A stretch of DNA of 63,010 nt from contig SLKR01000019.1 of the NCBI GenBank assembly GCA_007134525.1, positions 1 through 63,010 on the forward strand, in the 5' to 3' direction. This document shows, one piece after another, positions 8,628 through 17,837 of the stretch. Position 1 is the stretch's first letter. Every line of letters starts with the position of its first letter. Under the pieces are notes generated by a model. It was not told where the DNA came from. It saw nothing but the letters and a program-made list of their open reading frames with translations, and ran no database searches. The stretch is from Bacteroidales bacterium. Its GTDB lineage: Bacteria > Bacteroidota > Bacteroidia > Bacteroidales > UBA7960. Position numbers and translations under genes: made by a program.

Positions 8628-10325
8628 TTACCGGCTCCTTCCGCCTCCACTGGTTCTTGTTGTTCCTGAGGATGAACCGCTGCTGGTGCCCCCGCTGCTC
8701 CTGCCTGATGATGATGAGGATGAACCGGTTCTGACACTTGTTCCGGTACTCCTGCTTGATGATGAGGAACCGGTTCTGACACTTGTTCCGGTACTCCTGC
8801 CTGATGACGAGGAACTGCCTCCAACCCTTGTGTTACCAGTAGACCTTGTATTGGCCGGTGTCCTGACTGAGGAACTACCCTGTGAACCTGTTGCCGGACG
8901 GCTTGGTGGTGTATAACTCGGGCGTCCTCTTTCAACACGGGTCGGCTGGGTGGTTGTACTCCTCGCAGGAGGTGTTGCCGGCTGTGCCCCAACCTGCCTT
9001 GACCCTTCAGTTCTGCCCGGTGTTGTTGCCGGACGTGATCTTTGGGGAGTGCTTGGCTGCTGGTAGCTGGGTGATGTATAAGACCTTGGAGGCGTATAAT
9101 TGGAACGGTCATCTTCTGACTGTCTTTCATGAGTTACCTGCTGCGGGCGGCTATAACGCTCCCTGGAGGCAGCCTGATAAGATTCTATTGTCCTTGCAGG
9201 CCTGTATCCCTCACTTGCTTCCCTTTCGCCGGAAGCAGTTGTTGCCCTGTCAGGTTCTCCTGTTGTATTGCGTACACTTTCACGAACCCTGTCTTCAATA
9301 TGGTTGGTGGCACCACTCTCTCTGCCAGTCCTTTCGCGTGATGTTGCCTGGCCAATTTCAGCTACCTGACGTCCGTCTGTCTGTTCAGCAGACCTGGTTG
9401 CTGTGCGTGCATTATCACCTGTTTCTATGATCTGATTATCGGCCAGCACCTGCCTTCTGCCATCTTCATTACGCACTGTCCTTGCTTCGAATGCTTCAGC
9501 AAAGCTCTTTTCTCCGGTGCGCTGAGTACGTCCTTCAAAACCGCCTGCGGTGGTACTTCCGCCTGAACCTCTCGGGCCATAATAGTAATCAGCAGTACGT
9601 TCAAAGCTATTATAAAAATAATCCCTGTAGCCCCAATATCCTCCGTAACGGTAATACGAGTTATAAAAACCTGTATTGTATCCGTGCCAGAATCCTATAC
9701 CGTAAGGGTCGTAAGGAAATCCAAACCAGGCATATCTGTGGTAATGCGGATAGTGCCTGTACCTCCAGTAAAACGGACTTGGATAATAACCTCCAAAATA
9801 CATTGGCGATCCGAGGTAGAAGCCCGAATAGTATATGCTCATCCCGTAATAGAAGGGATCATACATATAGAAGTACATATTTGTGAAGAATGGGTCATAG
9901 TACCTGAAGTTGTTATAGGGCCTGTGGAAACGCCTTATCCTTGAGGCATAGGCAAAATCATAATAGTCGCCATAGTAATAATTGTTGACTATCACCATAT
10001 TACCCTCTTCATCATAATAGTATTCAAGTGTATCAGAGGCTTCCTCCTGCTGGTTTTGTGCATAACCGTCGTAATGGTATGCATCAGCTGATGTGCCAAC
10101 TGTGTGGCTTTGCCCTGCGGGTTCAGCCCTGTAGTCTTCAACGACTTCTACTACTCTTCCTTCACTTCTTGCTTCATTTTGAACTGGCTGCTGTGCGCTG
10201 CCACCCCTTACTACCTGAGGACTATAATAGACGTCGTCATGATCACTTGCCGCATAATAGGTTGTTGAGCAACCCGTTAATGCAAGGGCAATTAGTATGC
10301 CGGAGAATTTGAGCAGTGTTTTCAT
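8628..10325 (-). CDS. lipoprotein with an aromatic (Tyr/Phe/Trp/Gly/Pro) block and a long Arg/Ser/Thr/Gly-rich disordered tail
   Basis: The 565-aa ORF has the lipobox LALTGC-ST. Residues about 100-253 contain 42 Tyr in 154 residues by my count. Residues about 254-565 are low-complexity R/S/T/G/P/Q and end in GSSSSSGRSTGTSVRT repeats. Confidence 0.8.
   Translation of the reverse strand: MKTLLKFSGILIALALTGCSTTYYAASDHDDVYYSPQVVRGGSAQQPVQNEARSEGRVVEVVEDYRAEPAGQSHTVGTSADAYHYDGYAQNQQEEASDTLEYYYDEEGNMVIVNNYYYGDYYDFAYASRIRRFHRPYNNFRYYDPFFTNMYFYMYDPFYYGMSIYYSGFYLGSPMYFGGYYPSPFYWRYRHYPHYHRYAWFGFPYDPYGIGFWHGYNTGFYNSYYRYGGYWGYRDYFYNSFERTADYYYGPRGSGGSTTAGGFEGRTQRTGEKSFAEAFEARTVRNEDGRRQVLADNQIIETGDNARTATRSAEQTDGRQVAEIGQATSRERTGRESGATNHIEDRVRESVRNTTGEPDRATTASGEREASEGYRPARTIESYQAASRERYSRPQQVTHERQSEDDRSNYTPPRSYTSPSYQQPSTPQRSRPATTPGRTEGSRQVGAQPATPPARSTTTQPTRVERGRPSYTPPSRPATGSQGSSSVRTPANTRSTGNTRVGGSSSSSGRSTGTSVRTGSSSSSRSTGTSVRTGSSSSSSGRSSGGTSSGSSSGTTRTSGGGRSR
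8706..8812. repeat. in-frame tandem repeat (48 nt plus 45 nt plus a partial third unit) inside the lipoprotein gene
   Basis: A 32-nt core, ACCGGTTCTGACACTTGTTCCGGTACTCCTGC, is identical at 8724-8755 and 8769-8800, giving a 45-nt period. It encodes GSSSSSGRSTGTSVRT and GSSSSSRSTGTSVRT on the minus strand. Confidence 0.85.
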
Positions 10326-10360
10326 GACTTTACCTCCCGGTTGTTTGTTTATGGTTTATA

Positions 10361-10368
10361 CAAAGTTA
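10361..10368 (-). promoter_or_regulatory. -7 promoter box (TAACTTTG on the minus strand) for the 565-aa lipoprotein gene
   Basis: The plus-strand sequence CAAAGTTA lies 36 nt upstream of ATG 10325. Confidence 0.45.
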
Positions 10369-10391
10369 ATAAGTTAACCCGACTTTTTTGT

Positions 10392-10399
10392 TAATTTTG
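10392..10399 (+). promoter_or_regulatory. -7 promoter box TAATTTTG for proS
   Basis: The sequence matches TAnnTTTG and lies 52 nt upstream of ATG 10451. Confidence 0.45.
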
Positions 10400-10450
10400 C
10401 GCCATTGGTTTCTGACATAAAAATCACAAATACTATACCAAAACACAGTT

Positions 10451-11926
10451 ATGGCTAAAGATTTTTCTACCAGAGAAGAAAATTATTCTAAATGGTATAA
10501 CGATATCGTACAGAGGGCAGGGCTGGCTGAAGCTTCTGCCGTCAGGGGATGTATGGTAATTAAACCATACGGGTATGCAATATGGGAAAAAATGCAGGCT
10601 GCACTTGACAAGATGTTCAAGGATACCGGCCATTCAAATGCCTATTTCCCGCTGTTTATCCCAAAATCCTTTTTCAGCCGTGAAGCGGATCATGTTAAGG
10701 GTTTTGCAAAGGAGTGCGCCGTGGTTACACATTACAGGCTGAAAAATGACCCTGACGGGAAAGGCATTGTAGTAGATGAAGATGCAAAGCTTGAAGAGGA
10801 GCTTGTGATACGTCCGACGTCTGAAACTATAATCTGGGACACATACCGGCAATGGGTGCAGTCATACCGGGACCTTCCGATACTAGTCAACCAGTGGGCC
10901 AATGTAGTCAGATGGGAGATGCGTACCCGCATGTTTCTGCGAACAGCTGAATTTCTATGGCAGGAGGGTCATACAGCCCACGAAACCAAAGAAGAGGCGA
11001 TCGGGGAGACATACAAAATTCTTAATGTATATTCTGACTTTGCAGAGAAGTTCATGGCTATACCGGTACTCAAAGGTTCCAAATCAGAAAACGAAAGGTT
11101 TGCCGGAGCAGTGGAAACACTTTGCATTGAGGCCCTTATGCAGGACGGGAAAGCCCTGCAGGCTGGTACTTCGCATTTTTTGGGGCAGAACTTTGCCAAA
11201 GCCTTTGATGTTAAGTTTACCAGCAGGGAAGGGAAGCTGGAACATGTATGGGCAACTTCCTGGGGGGTGTCAACCCGCCTTGTCGGTGCTCTTATTATGG
11301 CACATTCTGATGATCATGGTCTGGTGCTTCCGCCCAAACTTGCCCCGATACAAAGTGTGATCATACCAATATACAGGAATGATGAGCAATACGCAATTGT
11401 TTGCCAAAGGGCAAAAGAGATCAGCGATAATCTTGAGAAAGAAGGTATAATTGTTAAACTTGATGACCGGGATACACACAAGCCAGGCTGGAAGTTCAAC
11501 GAGTATGAATTTAAGGGAGTACCGGTCAGACTTGCCATCGGCCCGAGAGATGTAGAAAACGGTACAGTTGAGGTAGTACGGCGCGATACGCTGGGAAAGG
11601 AAGTTGTAAGTATTGATAATATAGGAAATTACGTTACCTCCCTTTTGAGTGACATCCAGGACAACCTCTACAAAAGGGCCCTCTCTTTCCGGGAATCAAA
11701 TACATTCGTGGCCGACACATGGGAAGAATTCACAAGCATCCTCGACGACAAAGGAGGGTTTATTCTTGCGCACTGGGATGGCACAGCCGAAACCGAACAG
11801 AAAATCAAGGAAGAAACAAAGGCTACGATACGTTGCATCCCATTTGATGACAATAAGGAGCAGGGTCGTTGCGTTTACTCTGGTAAGCCTTCTGAGCGGA
11901 GGGTGGTTTTTGCCCGGGCTTATTAG
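10451..11926 (+). CDS. proS: prolyl-tRNA synthetase (archaeal/eukaryote-like type)
   Basis: The 491-aa ORF starts with ...[34 protein letters not shown] and has class II motifs. It lacks the bacterial-type editing insertion. Confidence 0.95.
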   Translation: MAKDFSTREENYSKWYNDIVQRAGLAEASAVRGCMVIKPYGYAIWEKMQAALDKMFKDTGHSNAYFPLFIPKSFFSREADHVKGFAKECAVVTHYRLKNDPDGKGIVVDEDAKLEEELVIRPTSETIIWDTYRQWVQSYRDLPILVNQWANVVRWEMRTRMFLRTAEFLWQEGHTAHETKEEAIGETYKILNVYSDFAEKFMAIPVLKGSKSENERFAGAVETLCIEALMQDGKALQAGTSHFLGQNFAKAFDVKFTSREGKLEHVWATSWGVSTRLVGALIMAHSDDHGLVLPPKLAPIQSVIIPIYRNDEQYAIVCQRAKEISDNLEKEGIIVKLDDRDTHKPGWKFNEYEFKGVPVRLAIGPRDVENGTVEVVRRDTLGKEVVSIDNIGNYVTSLLSDIQDNLYKRALSFRESNTFVADTWEEFTSILDDKGGFILAHWDGTAETEQKIKEETKATIRCIPFDDNKEQGRCVYSGKPSERRVVFARAY

Positions 11927-11982
11927 GGCCAAAAAGGAGCTCTTACGGAAATAAGTATATTTATATAAATCAACAATATAGG

Positions 11983-12462
11983 GTGATAAAAAGTATTTAT
12001 AAAATATTTATTCAGCTGGCTTTGATTGTGGCTGTCATGGTTCCGGGGTATTCCCAGTTACCCCAGATGGGTGAAGTTATACAGGAAAGTTTGCCAGACA
12101 CTGTTAAGGAACTGCACCCCCTTGAGTGGGAATATGTTAAGCAGGAAGAAAGGATCGCCTTTTTGTTACATGCACACAGGGAGGCGGCAGGAAGTGAACT
12201 GGGAGTAAACGGTTACAGGGTTCACATTTATATGGATTCAGGCAACCGTGCCAGGCTCAACACCCAGAGGGCGCAGACTGAATTTGAAGAGATTTATCCG
12301 GAGCAGAACTCCTATATAATTTATGAGGAGCCATACTTTAAGCTCAGGGCCGGCGATTTTCGTACACGCCTGGATGCACGCCGGTTCCTTGAGAAGATCA
12401 GGGAAGAGTACCCATCTGCCTATATTGTTGTAGACAGGATAAACTTCCCTGAAATGGATTAG
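11983..12462 (+). CDS. SPOR domain-containing protein
   Basis: The 159-aa ORF has a GTG start and an N-terminal signal or anchor. Its C-terminal region, GYRVHIYMDSG...YFKLRAGDFRTRLDARRFLEKI...IVV, has the SPOR pattern. Confidence 0.75.
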   Translation: MIKSIYKIFIQLALIVAVMVPGYSQLPQMGEVIQESLPDTVKELHPLEWEYVKQEERIAFLLHAHREAAGSELGVNGYRVHIYMDSGNRARLNTQRAQTEFEEIYPEQNSYIIYEEPYFKLRAGDFRTRLDARRFLEKIREEYPSAYIVVDRINFPEMD

Positions 12463-13538
12463 TTCCTGTCGAGGGCATTCAGATCGTCATAGGCCTGCTT
12501 AAGCCTGTCGCGCATGCTTTCCTCTGCCTTGCGCAGCCATGCCCTCGGGTCATACAGTTTCTTGTTCGGCTTGTCTTCCCCTTCCGGGTTGCCGATCTGT
12601 CCCTGCAAATATCCCTCGTATTTCTTGTAAAAGTCCAGAACACCTTTCCAGAAAGCCCATTGTGTGTCGGTGTCTATATTCATTTTTATAACACCGTATG
12701 ATATGGCCTCCCTTATATCCTGCTGTGTTGAGCCACTGCCCCCATGAAACACAAAACTAACAGGATTTGGTCCTGTACCAAACTCCTTTATAATGTGTTC
12801 CTGTGAATTTTTGAGGATTACCGGCTGAAGTTTTACGTTACCTGGTTTGTATACACCGTGTACATTGCCGAAAGCTGCAGCGATTGTAAATCTTTCCGAT
12901 ACCTTCATCAGTTCTTCATACATTGAAGCCACCTCTTCGGGTTGTGTATAGAGCTTGGAGCTATCAATATCTGTATTGTCTACCCCGTCCTCTTCACCGC
13001 CTGTTACCCCGAGTTCAACTTCGAGAGTCATTCCCATCTTTGACATGCGCTTAAGGTATTTGGAGCTGATAGCAATGTTCTCTTCGAGACTTTCCTCCGA
13101 AAGGTCAAGCATATGGGAGCTGAAAAGCGGCTTGCCGGTCTTTTCAAACTCCTGTTCGCTTGCATCAAGCAGGCCGTCGATCCATGGAAGTAGTTTTTTG
13201 GCCGCATGATCGGTATGCAGAATAACCCTGACGCCATATTCTTTTGCCATCATATGTATATGACGGGCTCCGGAAACAGCGCCTGCTATAGCTGCTTTAT
13301 GACCATCATTCGGAAGTGACTTGCCTGCAAAGAAATGGGCCCCGCCATTTGAAAACTGGATAATAACCGGGGAGTTAAAGTCCCTGGCTGCCTCCAGAAC
13401 AGAGTTAACAGTATTTGTTCCCGTAACGTTTACTGCCGGAAGAGCAAACTGGTTTTCCTTGGCAATACGGAAAACTTCCTGTACATCGTTACCTGTCAGT
13501 ACACCGGGTTCAATGTGTTTCATCAGTTTTGATGTCAT
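12459..13538 (-). CDS. fba: class II fructose-bisphosphate aldolase
   Basis: The 359-aa ORF carries the motifs VILHTDH, FGNVHG and FVFHGGSGS. Confidence 0.95.
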   Translation of the reverse strand: MTSKLMKHIEPGVLTGNDVQEVFRIAKENQFALPAVNVTGTNTVNSVLEAARDFNSPVIIQFSNGGAHFFAGKSLPNDGHKAAIAGAVSGARHIHMMAKEYGVRVILHTDHAAKKLLPWIDGLLDASEQEFEKTGKPLFSSHMLDLSEESLEENIAISSKYLKRMSKMGMTLEVELGVTGGEEDGVDNTDIDSSKLYTQPEEVASMYEELMKVSERFTIAAAFGNVHGVYKPGNVKLQPVILKNSQEHIIKEFGTGPNPVSFVFHGGSGSTQQDIREAISYGVIKMNIDTDTQWAFWKGVLDFYKKYEGYLQGQIGNPEGEDKPNKKLYDPRAWLRKAEESMRDRLKQAYDDLNALDRN

Positions 13539-13580
13539 ATGCTATTGTTTTTGAATTTGGGTTTCACTTGTTTCGGGCAT

Positions 13581-13588
13581 CAAAATTA
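13581..13588 (-). promoter_or_regulatory. -7 promoter box (TAATTTTG on the minus strand) for fba
   Basis: The plus-strand sequence CAAAATTA lies 43 nt upstream of ATG 13538. Confidence 0.45.
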
Positions 13589-13601
13589 ACAAAATAAACC
13601 A

Positions 13602-13609
13602 TATTTTTG
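13602..13609 (+). promoter_or_regulatory. -7 promoter box TATTTTTG for the GT4 gene
   Basis: The sequence matches TAnnTTTG and lies 62 nt upstream of the TTG start at 13671. Confidence 0.4.
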
Positions 13610-13670
13610 CGTTTTCCTTGCAATGCTGTTCAGGAAAATATACCGGGAATTATCTTAAAACTGAGTTGTT

Positions 13671-14792
13671 TTGAAAATTGCTGTAAATACCAGGTTGTTA
13701 TTGCCGGGCAGACTGGAGGGGATAGGTTGGTTCACATATCAGAGCTTCAGCAGAATAGTCGATGCAAACCCCGGGCATACATTTTATTTTTTGTTTGACA
13801 GGCCATACAGCAGTGAATTCGTGTTTGGACCCAATGTTAAACCGGTAAGACTTTATCCTCAGGCGCGTCACCCGTTTTTATACTACCTTTACTTTGAATA
13901 TGCAGTTGCTGAATTTCTGAGAAAAAATTCCGTTGACCTGTTTGTTTCGCCTGATGGCTTTTTATCACTGCGTCATAAAGGTCCCCAGCTTCCTGTTTTT
14001 CACGACCTGAACTTTATGCACAACCCCGGCTTTCTGCCGTTTCTTACAGGCAGATACTATAACCGCTTTTTCCCGAAGTATGCCAGAAAGGCTGAAAGGA
14101 TCGTTACTGTTTCTGAGTATTCCAAAAATGATATAAGCTCTACTTTCAATTACCCGAAAGACAGGATTGATGTGGTTTATAACGGGGTTCACGACATCTT
14201 TTCTCCGGTTGGCAGCGATGTTGCAGAATCCACCAGGAAAATGTTTTCCGGGGGCCGCCCTTATTTTGTATATATAGGGGCACTGCACAGGAGGAAAAAT
14301 ATTGAAAACATGTTGCAGGCATTTGAACGATTCAGGAATAACGACAAAGAGGGTCATAAGCTGCTGCTTGTAGGTGCCCCTATGTTTGGCTCTTCAGGCC
14401 TGAAGAAGATGTACCAGTCGATGAGATACAGGGATGATGTAATATTTGCAGGCCGTTTGTACGGGAAGGTACTGAGGAATATAGTTGCATCTTCACGAGC
14501 GCTGCTCCTTGTATCACATTTTGAAGGTTTTGGCGTGCCAATAATTGAAGCAATGCAATGTGAAGTCCCGGTAATTGCATCAAATGTTACTAGTATGCCC
14601 GAGGTGGCGGGTGATGCTGCAATACTTGCCGATCCCTGCTCGGTCAGCAGCATATCGTCGGCAATGGGAAGGATCGCAGCGGATAATGTGCTGAGACAGT
14701 CATTAATTGAAAAGGGAAGGGTACAGAGGGAAAGATTCTCCTGGGACAAAACAGCCGAACTGCTTTGGAAGAGCATGGAGAAGTGTTTGTAG
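13671..14792 (+). CDS. glycosyltransferase family 4 (GT-B, RfaB-like)
   Basis: The 373-aa ORF has a TTG start and begins MKIAVNTRLL. The C-terminal region has the EGFGVPIIEAMQCEVPVIASN (E-x7-E) motif. Confidence 0.88.
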   Translation: MKIAVNTRLLLPGRLEGIGWFTYQSFSRIVDANPGHTFYFLFDRPYSSEFVFGPNVKPVRLYPQARHPFLYYLYFEYAVAEFLRKNSVDLFVSPDGFLSLRHKGPQLPVFHDLNFMHNPGFLPFLTGRYYNRFFPKYARKAERIVTVSEYSKNDISSTFNYPKDRIDVVYNGVHDIFSPVGSDVAESTRKMFSGGRPYFVYIGALHRRKNIENMLQAFERFRNNDKEGHKLLLVGAPMFGSSGLKKMYQSMRYRDDVIFAGRLYGKVLRNIVASSRALLLVSHFEGFGVPIIEAMQCEVPVIASNVTSMPEVAGDAAILADPCSVSSISSAMGRIAADNVLRQSLIEKGRVQRERFSWDKTAELLWKSMEKCL

Positions 14793-14816
14793 TACCTTTC
14801 TTTGCAAAAATGCTTG

Positions 14817-14824
14817 TATTTTTG
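14817..14824 (+). promoter_or_regulatory. -7 promoter box TATTTTTG for asnS
   Basis: The sequence matches TAnnTTTG and lies 40 nt upstream of ATG 14864. Confidence 0.45.
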
Positions 14825-14863
14825 CAGTCGGTAAAAATCTAAACATATAAGAAATAATTAGCT

Positions 14864-16273
14864 ATGCAGGAATTGAAAAGGTACAGGGTTTATGACCTGC
14901 TTAAAAAAGACAGTGGCTACCTGGTGGACAGCCAGATAAATGTTAAGGGCTGGGTAAGGACCAGAAGGGGGAACAAGAATGTGGCATTTATCGCGCTCAA
15001 TGACGGCTCCCATATTCACAGCATACAGGTGGTGGTTGATGTAAAGGCTTTTGGTGATGATGAATTGCTTCGCAATATCACCACCGGATCTTGTATCTCG
15101 GTTAATGGCCGGCTTGTGGAATCGCAGGGAAAGGGGCAGACTCTTGAAATACAGGCCTCTGATATTCATTTATACGGTACGGCCGATCCAGAAAAATATC
15201 CTTTGCAGAAGAAGGGTCATACCCTTGAATTTTTACGCGATATCGCTCATCTCCGGCCAAGGACCAATACTTTCGGTGCAGTTTTCAGGATAAGGCACGC
15301 ACTCTCCTATGCCATTCACAAGTTCTTTAACGATAATGGCTTTTTCTACCTTCATACTCCTATTATAACTGCTTCGGATGCTGAGGGTGCCGGTGCCATG
15401 TTCAGGGTTACCACCCTTGATCCGAAGAACTTGCCGTTAAATGAAAAAGGAGAGGTGGATTACTCGAAGGACTTTTTCGGAAGGGAGACAAATCTTACTG
15501 TTTCCGGCCAGCTTGAAGGTGAGCTTGGTGCGCTGGCGCTTTCCAATATATATACTTTCGGGCCAACATTCAGGGCGGAAAACTCCAACACATCAAGGCA
15601 CTTGTCGGAGTTCTGGATGATAGAACCGGAAATGGCCTTTTATGACATCAATGACAATATGGATCTGGCCGAGACCTTTCTGAAGTACCTTGTTGCATAC
15701 CTTCTGGAGAACTGCTTAGACGATCTTGAGTTCCTTCAGAAAATGTATGACGGAGAACTTCTGGGCAGATTACAGAGTATTGTTGACAGCCGTTTCGAAA
15801 GGCTCACCTATACAAGGGCCATTGATATCCTGGAGAGATCCGGACATAAATTTGAGTTTCCGGTTAAATGGGGGGTTGACCTTCAGTCTGAACATGAGAG
15901 ATATCTGGTAGAAAAGGAGTTTAAATGCCCCGTGATACTGACTGATTATCCCCGCGAAATAAAGGCTTTTTATATGAAGCAGAATGATGACGGAAAGACA
16001 GTCAGGGCAATGGATGTGCTGTTTCCGAAAATAGGGGAGATAATTGGCGGATCACAACGAGAGGAGGATTTTGACAAATTGAGCAACAGAATAAATGAGA
16101 TGGGGGTTCCCCGTGAGGATATGTGGTGGTACCTTGAAACCCGTAAATTTGGTACTGCGCCTCACAGTGGATTCGGGCTGGGGTTTGAACGGCTTATGCT
16201 GTTTGTTACAGGAATGGGCAATATTCGTGACGTAATACCTTTTCCGCGTACCCCTCAGAATGCTTCTTTTTAA
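14864..16273 (+). CDS. asnS: asparaginyl-tRNA synthetase
   Basis: The 469-aa ORF has an OB anticodon-binding N-terminus and class IIb motifs [21 protein letters not shown] and GFGLGFERL. Confidence 0.95.
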   Translation: MQELKRYRVYDLLKKDSGYLVDSQINVKGWVRTRRGNKNVAFIALNDGSHIHSIQVVVDVKAFGDDELLRNITTGSCISVNGRLVESQGKGQTLEIQASDIHLYGTADPEKYPLQKKGHTLEFLRDIAHLRPRTNTFGAVFRIRHALSYAIHKFFNDNGFFYLHTPIITASDAEGAGAMFRVTTLDPKNLPLNEKGEVDYSKDFFGRETNLTVSGQLEGELGALALSNIYTFGPTFRAENSNTSRHLSEFWMIEPEMAFYDINDNMDLAETFLKYLVAYLLENCLDDLEFLQKMYDGELLGRLQSIVDSRFERLTYTRAIDILERSGHKFEFPVKWGVDLQSEHERYLVEKEFKCPVILTDYPREIKAFYMKQNDDGKTVRAMDVLFPKIGEIIGGSQREEDFDKLSNRINEMGVPREDMWWYLETRKFGTAPHSGFGLGFERLMLFVTGMGNIRDVIPFPRTPQNASF

Positions 16274-16296
16274 TCAATTTGTGTACCTTTTTTTTA

Positions 16297-16304
16297 TAAA
16301 TTTG
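16297..16304 (+). promoter_or_regulatory. -7 promoter box TAAATTTG for rpoN
   Basis: The sequence matches TAnnTTTG and lies 37 nt upstream of ATG 16341. Confidence 0.45.
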
Positions 16305-16340
16305 ATTAAAGGGCAAAGCAAAGCATAATATTTAAAAAGT

Positions 16341-17834
16341 ATGTTAAAACAAAGGCTGCAACAGAAGTTACTGCAGAAACTGTCACCCCAGCAGATCCAG
16401 CTGATGAAGCTGTTGCAGGTGCCTGCCCTTTTGCTTGATCAGAGAATAAAGCAGGAGATCGAGGAAAACCCTGCACTGGAGGAAGGGGAGGATTACCAGG
16501 ATGAAATGGAGATGCAGGAAGAGGGTGATGACTACGACAGTGCCATGGAGACCGGAAGCGATCAGGAGGAGGGTGATGGAGAGAAAAACAATGATGACGA
16601 GTTCGATATTGAAGATTACATAGATGATGATGATATACCTGAGTACAGGCTGTCTGCCAACAATACATCCTCTGACGATGAAGTAAGGGAGGTTCCCCAC
16701 GTTTCTGCTGCCAGCCCGCAGGAAGCCCTGCTTACCCAGCTTGGGTTGCGCAACCTTTCCGACAGGGGATATCTTATTGCATCACATATTATCGGCAATA
16801 TAGATGAATCAGGCTATCTTCAGAGGGATATACACTCACTTATTGACGATCTGGCATTTAATCAGAATTTAAAGACCGACTTTTCCGAGATCATGGATCT
16901 GCTTAGGCTTGTTCAGGAATTTGATCCGCCCGGTGTCGGGGCCAGAGATCTCAGGGAGTGCCTTTTGTTGCAGATGCGAAGGAAAACCCCCGTTACAGAG
17001 CCTGTTGAGAATGCAAGACTTATACTCGAGAAAAACTTCAACGATTTCACTAAAAAACATTTCGATAAGATCAAGAAAAAACATGCTTTTTCGGATAAAG
17101 AACTGAAGGAAGCAATAGATGAGATCCTGAAGCTTAACCCAAAACCCGGCAACACACTGCAGGATAGCGGGAAGGGAGCTCAATACGTGATCCCTGATTT
17201 TATTATAACACACAATGACGGAGATCTGGAGTTAACCCTCAACTCTCACAATGCCCCCGATCTGAGAATTAACCATACCTACTCAGAGATGTTCAGGGCA
17301 ATGGCAGAATCAAAGGGAAAAACCGACAAGAGACAGAAAGAGGCTTTGAGTTTCGTAAAGCAAAAGCTTGACAGCGCCAAATGGTTCATTGATGCAATCA
17401 GGCAGAGACAAAACACCCTTATGGTAACAATGCAGGCCATAATGGAGTTTCAGAGGGAATATTTCCTCACCGGTGATGAAACAAAGCTGCGCCCTATGAT
17501 ACTCAAGGATATTGCCGACATGGTACAGCTAGACATATCAACCATATCCAGGGTCGCAAACAGCAAATATGTTCAGACTCCTTTTGGTACATTCTTGCTG
17601 AAGGAGTTTTTCTCAGAATCCTTGCAGACTGACAAGGGTGAAGAGGTTTCGACAAGGGAAGTGAAAAAGATACTCCGGGACTGCATTGAGTCTGAAAAAA
17701 AAGACAAGCCGCTTACAGACGATGAACTTGCAGGCATCCTGAAGAAGAAGGGCTATAATATCGCCCGGAGGACTGTGGCAAAATATCGTGAACAGCTGGA
17801 CATACCCGTTGCCAGATTAAGAAAGGAGCTGTAG
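16341..17834 (+). CDS. rpoN: RNA polymerase sigma-54 factor
   Basis: The 497-aa ORF has a Gln/Leu-rich region I (LQQKLLQKLSPQQIQLMKLLQ), an acidic region II and the C-terminal RpoN box ARRTVAKYRE. Confidence 0.95.
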   Translation: MLKQRLQQKLLQKLSPQQIQLMKLLQVPALLLDQRIKQEIEENPALEEGEDYQDEMEMQEEGDDYDSAMETGSDQEEGDGEKNNDDEFDIEDYIDDDDIPEYRLSANNTSSDDEVREVPHVSAASPQEALLTQLGLRNLSDRGYLIASHIIGNIDESGYLQRDIHSLIDDLAFNQNLKTDFSEIMDLLRLVQEFDPPGVGARDLRECLLLQMRRKTPVTEPVENARLILEKNFNDFTKKHFDKIKKKHAFSDKELKEAIDEILKLNPKPGNTLQDSGKGAQYVIPDFIITHNDGDLELTLNSHNAPDLRINHTYSEMFRAMAESKGKTDKRQKEALSFVKQKLDSAKWFIDAIRQRQNTLMVTMQAIMEFQREYFLTGDETKLRPMILKDIADMVQLDISTISRVANSKYVQTPFGTFLLKEFFSESLQTDKGEEVSTREVKKILRDCIESEKKDKPLTDDELAGILKKKGYNIARRTVAKYREQLDIPVARLRKEL

Positions 17835-17837
17835 GTC

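Noticed and set aside
8467-9430. Several long ORFs overlap the low-complexity lipoprotein gene: 8467-8916 plus strand with LVPVLLxDDEEPVLT repeats, 8603-9130 minus strand, and 8882-9430 plus strand.
   Set aside because: They are alternative-frame or antisense shadows of the repetitive, compositionally biased 8628-10325 gene. Only that frame has a signal peptide and lipobox, a promoter box and a terminator. The repeat in the plus-strand ORF is simply the reverse complement of the Ser/Gly/Arg repeat.
16480-16660. Acidic low-complexity stretches occur in rpoN (region II) and at 42820-42895 in the L25 tail.
   Set aside because: Both are normal, known features of these protein families in many bacteria and not separate elements.
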